From contig CAZKVV010000003.1 of the NCBI GenBank assembly GCA_964556485.1, positions 56,610-120,609 on the forward strand: DNA of 64,000 nucleotides. Reading direction: 5' to 3'. Positions within the stretch are counted from its first letter, which is position 1. Every line of letters starts with the position of its first letter. Source of the stretch: an uncultured Pseudomonadales bacterium. Lineage in GTDB: Bacteria; Patescibacteriota; Microgenomatia; UBA1400; PJMF01. Shown in pieces: positions 56,937 to 64,000 of the stretch. A program made the translations under genes and the position numbers. The notes under the pieces are model-generated. The model saw only the letters and a program-made list of their open reading frames with translations, was not told the origin of the DNA and did not search any database.

Positions 56937-58304
56937 ATGGCAAAAAGCAAATCGGTGTTTGTGTGTCAGTCCTGTGGATGGAATACCCCAAAGTGGGTTG
57001 GCCAATGTGGAAGCTGTGGTGAATGGAATACTTTGGTCGAAGAAGTAGTTGAGTCTTCTGCAGCTAAGCACACAACCAACGTCAGTTTGGAAAATACACT
57101 AGTAGCTTTTCCAGAGGTGGAGGCGCTGAGAGGCTCAAAACAGCGATTTTCCACACAAATTGAGGAGATGGATCGCGTATTGGGTGGAGAAAATGCTAAT
57201 AAAGGCGTCGTTCCCGGTGCGGTGATGCTTATTGGTGGTGAACCTGGCATTGGTAAGTCCACATTGCTTACCCAGATGGTGGTTGAGTTGTTATTGCATG
57301 GAAAAAGTGAACAACCACTCATGTACGTGTGTGGGGAAGAGAATCCCTCACAAATTGCCTTGCGTATTGAACGAATTGCCCAAAAAAAACTCAACCCGGC
57401 ACAAGCAGCTCGATTACTCTTTATTACTAGCACCGATGTTTCGGTGATTACTTCGCACATGGCTCAACAAAAACCTCAATTGGTTATCATTGATAGTATT
57501 CAAACCGTAACGACTGCAGAATTGTCCGGTGTTGCTGGAAGTGTGGGTCAGATTCGTGAATGTGCCGACAAAATCACCACGGCTGCCAAATTGAACCACA
57601 TTCCAACTTTTTTGGTTGGACACGTCACAAAAGAGGGTAAGATTTCGGGCCCCAAAGTGCTTGAACACATTGTTGACTCAGTTCTCGAGTTAACAGGTGA
57701 GAGAACGGGAGAATTGAGACTGCTTCGAGCCATAAAAAATCGATTTGGAGCCACTGATGAAGTGGGGGTGTTTCGGGTGCAAAATTATGGGTATGAATCG
57801 ATTTCAAATCCTTCGGCATTATTTTTAAGTGAGCATCAAGGAAGTGTTTCTGGCTCAGCAACGGTGTGTGTGGTGGAGGGAACTCGACCACTTTTAGTTG
57901 AAATGCAGGCCTTAGTAATTGGCTCACAATTGGCCATGCCCAGGCGTGTGGGGCGAGGAGTGCCACTTTCTCGCATCCAAGTGATGGCTGCAGTGCTGCA
58001 AAAGCACAGTAGAATCCCGCTAGGCACTCAAGATATTTTTGTGAGTGTCGCTGGTGGATTTGAGGTAAAGGAGCCGGCAATCGATTTGGGTTTAGCCGTG
58101 GCTTTGGCATCTTCACTTAAAGAAAAGCCACTTCCCGAACGCACTGTCTTTATTGGTGAGGTAGGTTTACTTGGCGAAATCCGCACTGTTAATCTTTTAG
58201 ATAGGCGCATTAAAGAGGCAAAAAGACTGGGTTTTGAACACATTATTTCTAGCAAGACTCATCGAAGAGTGGAGGATGTTTTAAACCAGTTTAGCCTGGA
58301 TTAG
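56937..58304 (+). CDS. radA: DNA repair protein RadA/Sms
   Basis: C4 zinc finger CQSCGWNTPKWVGQCGSCGEWNT. Walker A GGEPGIGKSTLL. KNRFG motif. Lon-like C-terminal domain. Confidence 0.9.
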   Translation: MAKSKSVFVCQSCGWNTPKWVGQCGSCGEWNTLVEEVVESSAAKHTTNVSLENTLVAFPEVEALRGSKQRFSTQIEEMDRVLGGENANKGVVPGAVMLIGGEPGIGKSTLLTQMVVELLLHGKSEQPLMYVCGEENPSQIALRIERIAQKKLNPAQAARLLFITSTDVSVITSHMAQQKPQLVIIDSIQTVTTAELSGVAGSVGQIRECADKITTAAKLNHIPTFLVGHVTKEGKISGPKVLEHIVDSVLELTGERTGELRLLRAIKNRFGATDEVGVFRVQNYGYESISNPSALFLSEHQGSVSGSATVCVVEGTRPLLVEMQALVIGSQLAMPRRVGRGVPLSRIQVMAAVLQKHSRIPLGTQDIFVSVAGGFEVKEPAIDLGLAVALASSLKEKPLPERTVFIGEVGLLGEIRTVNLLDRRIKEAKRLGFEHIISSKTHRRVEDVLNQFSLD

Positions 58305-60775
58305 TATCGCTTTTTCCATTTCTGGAAGGATTTTTTCTTAGGATTTTCTGTATTTCCACTGTTTTGCTGCGGAGCTTGCGGGTCAGCTATAGGTTTTGGG
58401 GTAGGGCTAGGTGCATTTTGAGAATTCGCTTGGTTTTGTTGCTGAGAAGGCTGTTGAACTTTTTGTTCAGAATTGTTATCAGAGTTTGATTGGGCAGCAT
58501 TTTCAGTGATTTGTGATTTCTTTGGTTTTGACCAAGCTGGCTCTTTCACTTCATCAGGAATGAGGGTTGAAATTTCCATGATGCCTTTTTTTCTTGCCCA
58601 GCGTTCTCGACTAACTTTGATAACTTTTTCTCGGTTGTTGTTCAAACTCTTGGCTGGCCCAAGGGTATACGCAGGGAAGGGTCTAGAAATAATGTTATCG
58701 ATACTGAGACGGTTAATAATCTGGTGTCTACTTAGTGAAACCAAATCTTCTTTTGTATAGAGTTCGCCATATTCTCTTTCAAAGGCTGCTGCATCTTCGG
58801 CACCCATGACAAAACTTACAATCGAGCCACAGTTACCAAATATGGCCTTTTGCACCTCTTCCGGAATCTGAGCAATATATTGATTCGCAAGTATGAGATT
58901 AAGTCGATACTTACGTGCTTCTGAAAGAATCTTATTAAAAGATTCCGTGGCAAAGTTTTGGAACTCGTCGACATACAGGTAAAAGTCTTTGCGTTCTTCC
59001 TCTGGTATATGCACTCTACTCATGGCGGCAAGTTGAATCTTAGTAATCAACATTGCTCCCAGGAGGGTCGCATTATCTTCACCAAGTCGACCCTGAGACA
59101 GGTTAACGAGTACAATCTTGCCTGTATCCATGGCTTCTTCAATACTAAATGAGCTTTTACGAGCATTCACCACATCACGAACCAGAGGAGAGGACACGAA
59201 TTGACCAACTTTATTCAAGATAGGAGCAATAGCTTCTTGACGTTGTTTGTCCTGCATGCGGTTAAATTCATACAGCCAAAAGTTGCGCAGAATTGGGTCA
59301 TCTAACTCTTCTACCAATGAATCTCTAAATTTCTTATTGGTAAGCATGTCAAGAATGTCAGACAATCTGGCACTTTTACTCTTTAGCAAAGTCAAAAGGG
59401 CATTACGAAGAATGTACTCAAGCCGAGGACCCCATGAGTAGCCATACAGTTTTTGGAACACACTCACAATACCGGAGGCAATTAACTCGCGATGTGCCAC
59501 GTTTTCACCTTCAAACAGGTTTAACTGTACTGTTCTCTCAGGATCGGCAGGGTCAAAATAGATAACATCATTGATTCTTCTTGAGGGAATGTAGTCAAGA
59601 AGGTGCTCTACAAGGTCGCCGTGAGGGTCAATAACGCACATACCTTCATCATTTTTAAGGTCATTGACGGCCATGTTTGCCAGAAGAGTAGACTTACCGG
59701 TACCAGTTTTTCCAATGACATACATGTGGCGTCGACGATCTTCTCGTTTGAGTCCATACACTGTTTCCTGATTCTTAAAAATAGTGCGAGCAATGGGATT
59801 AACCTCCCGTTTAGCCTCTCGAGGCATTTCTTTGGTAACAATGGGCAAGTTCTCTGGCGGTTCTCCAATTAGATTTTTACCCCAAGAAATATTTTGAATG
59901 GACTGAAGCTCGGTAGTAGGGAGGTGGAGGACGGTTGCCAGCTCATCAATTGAAAGATGCATGCTTTGGGTACGCCAAAAAGACCGCTGCTGCATCATTT
60001 TTAGATAGTTTTCCTTGAAAAAATAGGTTTTGCTGAGCGTCAAACTGTTGCCTTCGCTCTCGGTTACGGTACCAAATGCAGAAGCAACGGTCTCGAGAAG
60101 CAATTGGCTGCGTTCATTAGTATGTGCTGATGTAGCAAGTCTAATTCCCACCTTTAGTGATGATGGCTTAAGTTTCTTTTCAATTAACGCCTTCTTAGGA
60201 TGCTTGCCAGTGACCACCTCATTGAGTAAATCTGAGCTGTTCTTGCTTTCAATCAACGAAAGTCCCTTGTTTTTCCAGCTTTCACCATCTTGAGTTAAGA
60301 CAAACTGCACAATCACTCTATCAAGCGGATCAATCTTTGAAAGAGTTGCCAAAAGGGGAGCGATTGGGTCGATATCCTTGAAGTCTTGGTAGGTTTTAAT
60401 CGGCAAATACTCAGCTCGACGCAGAGTAATGTCGCCAAGGCTGATATAGCTACTTTGTTCTTGGGTGTAGGTTGTGGGATTATCGAATTGAACCAGGGAA
60501 TCGTATTGAATTTCTGAAATCAGAACAGCGGGATAACTTGCAGCAATAGTGCTGCGAATATACTCTTTTAGGCGAGTGGGTGTGTAGACTTGAAAGGAAA
60601 TGAGTTGGTTCTCGGCAATGATCTCGATACTGAGAAACTCGTTGGTTCCAAGTAAGTGCCACCACCATTCGTTATGCAGCTCGGGTAATGCCGAAAAAAG
60701 TTGTACAGCAGATTCAGGTGTGTGTTCACTATCACGGCCGGTGCGGAGTTCTAGCAAAACATGGGGAGCAGACAT
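58301..60775 (-). CDS. P-loop ATPase of the T4SS coupling-protein type (VirD4/TraG/TraD-like, DUF87/HerA-related)
   Basis: Walker A VIGKTGTGKSTLLANM. VIDPHGDL. Walker B FYLYVDEFQNF. ARKYRLNLILANQYIAQIPEEVQKAIFGNCG. Disordered Q/N-rich tail. ATG at 60775 preferred; the ORF-track TTG start is at 60850. Confidence 0.5.
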   Translation of the reverse strand: MSAPHVLLELRTGRDSEHTPESAVQLFSALPELHNEWWWHLLGTNEFLSIEIIAENQLISFQVYTPTRLKEYIRSTIAASYPAVLISEIQYDSLVQFDNPTTYTQEQSSYISLGDITLRRAEYLPIKTYQDFKDIDPIAPLLATLSKIDPLDRVIVQFVLTQDGESWKNKGLSLIESKNSSDLLNEVVTGKHPKKALIEKKLKPSSLKVGIRLATSAHTNERSQLLLETVASAFGTVTESEGNSLTLSKTYFFKENYLKMMQQRSFWRTQSMHLSIDELATVLHLPTTELQSIQNISWGKNLIGEPPENLPIVTKEMPREAKREVNPIARTIFKNQETVYGLKREDRRRHMYVIGKTGTGKSTLLANMAVNDLKNDEGMCVIDPHGDLVEHLLDYIPSRRINDVIYFDPADPERTVQLNLFEGENVAHRELIASGIVSVFQKLYGYSWGPRLEYILRNALLTLLKSKSARLSDILDMLTNKKFRDSLVEELDDPILRNFWLYEFNRMQDKQRQEAIAPILNKVGQFVSSPLVRDVVNARKSSFSIEEAMDTGKIVLVNLSQGRLGEDNATLLGAMLITKIQLAAMSRVHIPEEERKDFYLYVDEFQNFATESFNKILSEARKYRLNLILANQYIAQIPEEVQKAIFGNCGSIVSFVMGAEDAAAFEREYGELYTKEDLVSLSRHQIINRLSIDNIISRPFPAYTLGPAKSLNNNREKVIKVSRERWARKKGIMEISTLIPDEVKEPAWSKPKKSQITENAAQSNSDNNSEQKVQQPSQQQNQANSQNAPSPTPKPIADPQAPQQNSGNTENPKKKSFQKWKKRY

Positions 60776-60991
60776 GTGTTTAGTATAGCAGAGCGCGTGC
60801 GCAAGCGTTTGTGGAACGATTGAATAATTGAGTACTAATGATCCGAACAAAGTTTTGGGTTTTATGACAATTTGTTTTCAACAGTTTTGAAAATGAAATT
60901 GAAATGTGTAAAACAAATGTATTTAAATCTATAAATTGTCAACCAAAATAGTTATAAGATTACGCAAAATAAAACAATTATTAGTTATAGG

Positions 60992-61020
60992 TTGACTTGT
61001 TGTAATAAAGGAGTTATACT
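60992..61020 (+). promoter_or_regulatory. near-consensus sigma-70 promoter
   Basis: TTGACT (60992-60997), 17-nt spacer, TATACT (61015-61020). Confidence 0.5.
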
Positions 61021-61026
61021 CGAGGA

Positions 61027-61227
61027 ACAGAGGATTTTGAAGTAAGAATCAAAGCTCTTTGTTTCTTTTTTATATAAAGAAGAATGTTCCTTTATAGTTT
61101 GAGTCAATAGAGATGCCAAAAACGGCTGCATTTTGCTGAAACTAAGTGAAATGGGGGTGAATGTGGTCTGAAAATAAAAAAAGCATTATTATCGCTGGAC
61201 AGACCACGAGTAACAATGCTTTTTTTC
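61027..61227 (+). ncRNA. candidate small RNA of about 200 nt of unknown family
   Basis: Bounded by the promoter above and a terminator: AGCATTATTA (61182-61191) pairs with TAACAATGCT (61211-61220), then a T7 run. Internal hairpins include GTGGTCTG (61163-61170) pairing with CAGACCAC (61200-61207). Only an 8-codon ORF inside. Confidence 0.3.
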
Positions 61228-61437
61228 TCAGAAAGTGTTTTAATACTAGGTCAAAACACTTATAGCCTGGATGATAGCAATCGACCAGGTTAATGTAAAT
61301 TGCATCTTTATAGGACAAAATAGATCATCGCAAGGTGTAGAGTGCTGTGTGGAAGTTTGACAGTTGGGCAGGCAGTTGAACTTCCACTCAAAACTATATA
61401 TCTTTTTTGATTCGCTTGAGTGTGGTAGAAGTAATGG

Positions 61438-62577
61438 ATGCATATTCTTGTATTAACTGCCACCTATACACCAAGTTTAAATGGAGTTGCCATTTCTACA
61501 CAAAGAAGTGTGGAAGAATTACGAAATAAAGGTCATCGAGTTACGGTGATATACCCACAACCTAAAAAGCCGATGCAGACGCATCGAGATGATGTGCAGC
61601 TGCCTTCAATATTTCTTCCCTTTCTCTCAGACTACCCAATTAGTATTCCAGGTTTATATGCTATTGATGCTTTATTTGCATCAAATACTTTTGACATCAT
61701 GCACGTTCACCATCCCATTGTGTGGCTACCTTGGGCATTTAGGTTGCGCAACAAGTATCGGGTGCCAGTTGTTTTTACGTATCACACTCGATATCCAGAA
61801 TATGTTGCTAAATTTTTATGGTTTTTTCCTTCAAAGCTGGTCAAAATGTACATGAATAAGTATCTGCTTGCTGTGTTGAATAGTTGTGACGCTGTTATTG
61901 CAACGACGAAATTCTATAGGAAGATGCTCAAAATGCAGAGTAATTCTCGGATCTATTATGTTTCAACTGCAGCCTTGAAGAAAATAATGCAGAGTAGTGT
62001 TGCTACAAAAACACTCAGAAAGAGATTGGGACTGCCAAATGATCGCACTATTTTACTCAATGTATCAAGACATGTTGAAGAAAAAAATCTTACACTATTG
62101 CTACAAGCTATGGCATTACTTCCAGAAAAGTATGTATTAGTGTTAGTTGGGGAAGGGTCGTATACTACCAATTTAAAGCAAGAATGTCAGCGTTTGGATC
62201 TTGAAAGAAAAGTCATATTTGCGGGTTTAAAAGAACAAACAGAGTTAGCAGAGTACTATAGCTGTGCAGACTTATTTGTGTACTCATCTTTAACCGATAC
62301 TATTGGAATCAATCTGATCGAAGCATTCTCTGCAGGTCTGCCAGTTATTGCAGTTAAAGATGAAAATGTTGAAGAAGTCGTTGTACATCAAAACACTGGC
62401 ATTATATCTGGCCATTCACCTCAAGAGTTTGCCAATAGTATTTTGCAGTTTCCAGAGAAAAAAAGAGCTGATTTTGCAAAACAAGCGCGTGCTATGGCTG
62501 ATACTTTTTCAATTGAGCACACTACGAGTAAGTTGCTCTCCATGTATAAAAAGGTGATTACCCATGCCCCAATTTGA
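61438..62577 (+). CDS. glycosyltransferase family 4
   Basis: 379 aa. C-terminal EAFSAGLPVIAV (Glycos_transf_1 E-x7-E region). Confidence 0.65.
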   Translation: MHILVLTATYTPSLNGVAISTQRSVEELRNKGHRVTVIYPQPKKPMQTHRDDVQLPSIFLPFLSDYPISIPGLYAIDALFASNTFDIMHVHHPIVWLPWAFRLRNKYRVPVVFTYHTRYPEYVAKFLWFFPSKLVKMYMNKYLLAVLNSCDAVIATTKFYRKMLKMQSNSRIYYVSTAALKKIMQSSVATKTLRKRLGLPNDRTILLNVSRHVEEKNLTLLLQAMALLPEKYVLVLVGEGSYTTNLKQECQRLDLERKVIFAGLKEQTELAEYYSCADLFVYSSLTDTIGINLIEAFSAGLPVIAVKDENVEEVVVHQNTGIISGHSPQEFANSILQFPEKKRADFAKQARAMADTFSIEHTTSKLLSMYKKVITHAPI

Positions 62578-63697
62578 TATTGTTATCATTGGCGCTGGAA
62601 TTTCTGGACTGACACTTGCTGAAAGATACGCCTCTCTAGGTAAAAAAGTTCTTGTTATCGAGCGCAGAGATCACATTGGTGGAAATTGTTATGATTTCTA
62701 CAATGCCGACGGCATTTTAGTTTCTAAGTATGGGGCACACTTGTTTCACACCAATCTCGAGGACGTCTGGAAATATGTTAATCGGTTCTCGCAGTGGTAT
62801 GCTTATGAGCATAAAGTTCTCTCAAAAGTTGACGGAAAGTTGGTGCCAGTCCCAGTAAATATCACAACTGTTAATAAGATTTTTGGTTTATCCATCAAAA
62901 CAGAGCAACAGATGAAAGCTTGGTTAGCAGAAAACCAAGTTCCCTTTGCAAAACCTAAGAATGGGGAAGAAGCCGCACTAGCTCGTGTGGGCCGCGTGCT
63001 CTACGAAAAAATGTTTAAGAACTATACCAAAAAACAGTGGGATAAGTATCCACATCAACTTCATGCAGCTGTATTAAATAGGATTCCAGTTCGCACCACA
63101 TTTGATGATCGCTACTTTTCAGACAAATATCAATTCTTACCTACAAAGGGATACATTAAGCTTTTCGAAAAAATGGCAAATCACCCCAATATTACGGTGC
63201 AATTACAAACTGACTACTTCGACATTAAACACACCCTCCAAAGGTATGAAAAACTGTTTTATACTGGACCGATTGATAGATTTTTTGATTTTAAGCACAG
63301 TTTGGGTAGATCTCTCGAGTATCGCTCTATTAATTTTCACTTTGAAACCTTTGATCAGGAAGAATTTCAGCCTGCAGCTGTGATTAATTATCCCTCACCC
63401 GAAGATGGTGAGTTTACGAGAATTGTTGAATATAAACACATGACTCGACAAAAACATCCGCAGACCACCATTTCAAAAGAGTATTCAGTACCTCATGTAG
63501 AAGGTGAAACCGAACCTTACTATCCAGTTGATTCTCCCAAGAACACGGTGTTATATAACAGATATCAAAAAGAGGCTCAAAACCTTACAGATGTTTATTT
63601 TGTGGGTAGACTGGCAAACTACAAATACTTCAACATGGATGAAGCATTTAAGAATGCACTTGACTTATTTAATAAACTCGAGAATATAAGCCTATAA
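62564..63697 (+). CDS. glf: UDP-galactopyranose mutase
   Basis: FDIVIIGAGISGLTLAERYA (FAD Rossmann), YGAHLFHT, C-terminal YFVGRLANYKYFNMDEA. Overlaps the GT4 gene by 14 nt. Confidence 0.8.
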   Translation: MPQFDIVIIGAGISGLTLAERYASLGKKVLVIERRDHIGGNCYDFYNADGILVSKYGAHLFHTNLEDVWKYVNRFSQWYAYEHKVLSKVDGKLVPVPVNITTVNKIFGLSIKTEQQMKAWLAENQVPFAKPKNGEEAALARVGRVLYEKMFKNYTKKQWDKYPHQLHAAVLNRIPVRTTFDDRYFSDKYQFLPTKGYIKLFEKMANHPNITVQLQTDYFDIKHTLQRYEKLFYTGPIDRFFDFKHSLGRSLEYRSINFHFETFDQEEFQPAAVINYPSPEDGEFTRIVEYKHMTRQKHPQTTISKEYSVPHVEGETEPYYPVDSPKNTVLYNRYQKEAQNLTDVYFVGRLANYKYFNMDEAFKNALDLFNKLENISL

Positions 63698-63732
63698 CTT
63701 TGACATTCAACAGCAAAAATGATATACTGTAA

Positions 63733-64000
63733 GCATGTATTTTTCCCCACTTAACCCTGCTTTTTTACGCGGCCGCTTTGCTAAGACACGTAAAGCATTA
63801 GCTGGCGTCATTCCTACTTGGGAAAAGGCGTATGTGTATGCTTCTAGCAAAGCAAAAAAACGCTCAAAAGCACAACTTTTAGCCAGGAGGGCGGTGCACG
63901 CAGTGCTAAGTACGGTGATTGCCGCCAGCATTCTTGTGTGCGCAGTTATTTTTATTCCAAGTATTTACTATATGTTCTTTCCTGCTGACGTACTCGAAAT
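63733..64000 (+). CDS. bitopic membrane protein, N-terminal part (runs off the window end)
   Basis: ATG at 63733. Basic cytoplasmic segment then TM (AVLSTVIAASILVCAVIFIPSIYYMFF). No stop before the window end. Preferred over the antisense 74-aa ORF at 63707-63931. Confidence 0.3.

Noticed and set aside
63707-63931. 74-aa minus-strand ORF at the window end
   Set aside because: It overlaps a more plausible plus-strand partial membrane-protein ORF starting at 63733 and has no motifs.

Overview
This 64 kb window looks like the chromosomal replication-origin neighbourhood of a small-genome, low-GC (about 40-45% GC) bacterium. Gene content suggests a Patescibacteria/CPR-like or Gram-positive-like lineage, but that is inference only. 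Three blocks stand out. (1) Positions 1-6624, minus strand: a complete mevalonate-pathway operon with archaeal-type enzymes, in the order idi, HMG-CoA reductase, HMG-CoA synthase, thiolase, DUF35 partner protein, two GHMP kinases, diphosphomevalonate decarboxylase (cut by the window start). (2) Positions 7170-33072: a type IV secretion (T4SS)-like locus. It starts with an ECF sigma/anti-sigma pair and runs through nine tandem small paralogous pilin-like genes (signal peptide plus two TM helices, VirB2/TrbC-like architecture), a 1075-aa secreted protein with a C-terminal lysozyme-like motif, a VirB6-like polytopic membrane protein, three giant proteins of unknown function (one with a C-terminal HExxH metalloprotease motif), VirB8-like and VirB3-like candidates, and a VirB4-family ATPase whose N-terminal domain seems to lie on a separate upstream ORF. 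A coupling-protein-like ATPase sits far away at 58301-60775. (3) The origin block: dnaA, an oriC with perfect DnaA boxes, dnaN, rpmH, rnpA, yidD, yidC, jag, rnhA. Downstream are housekeeping and envelope genes: a DUF4012 membrane protein, rplY, valS, a VanW-family protein, a sugar-type ABC substrate-binding protein, a three-gene PspA-like module with anomalously high GC, radA, a GT4 glycosyltransferase and glf. Candidate RNA elements: a cobalamin-riboswitch-like core with an SD-sequestering hairpin at 21975-22147; a promoter/terminator-delimited sRNA of about 200 nt at 60992-61227; a terminated leader upstream of valS; an unusual 14-bp stem structure at 46685-46776. I found no CRISPR array, tRNA or rRNA. 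All identifications rest on reading motifs in the sequence; no database search was run.
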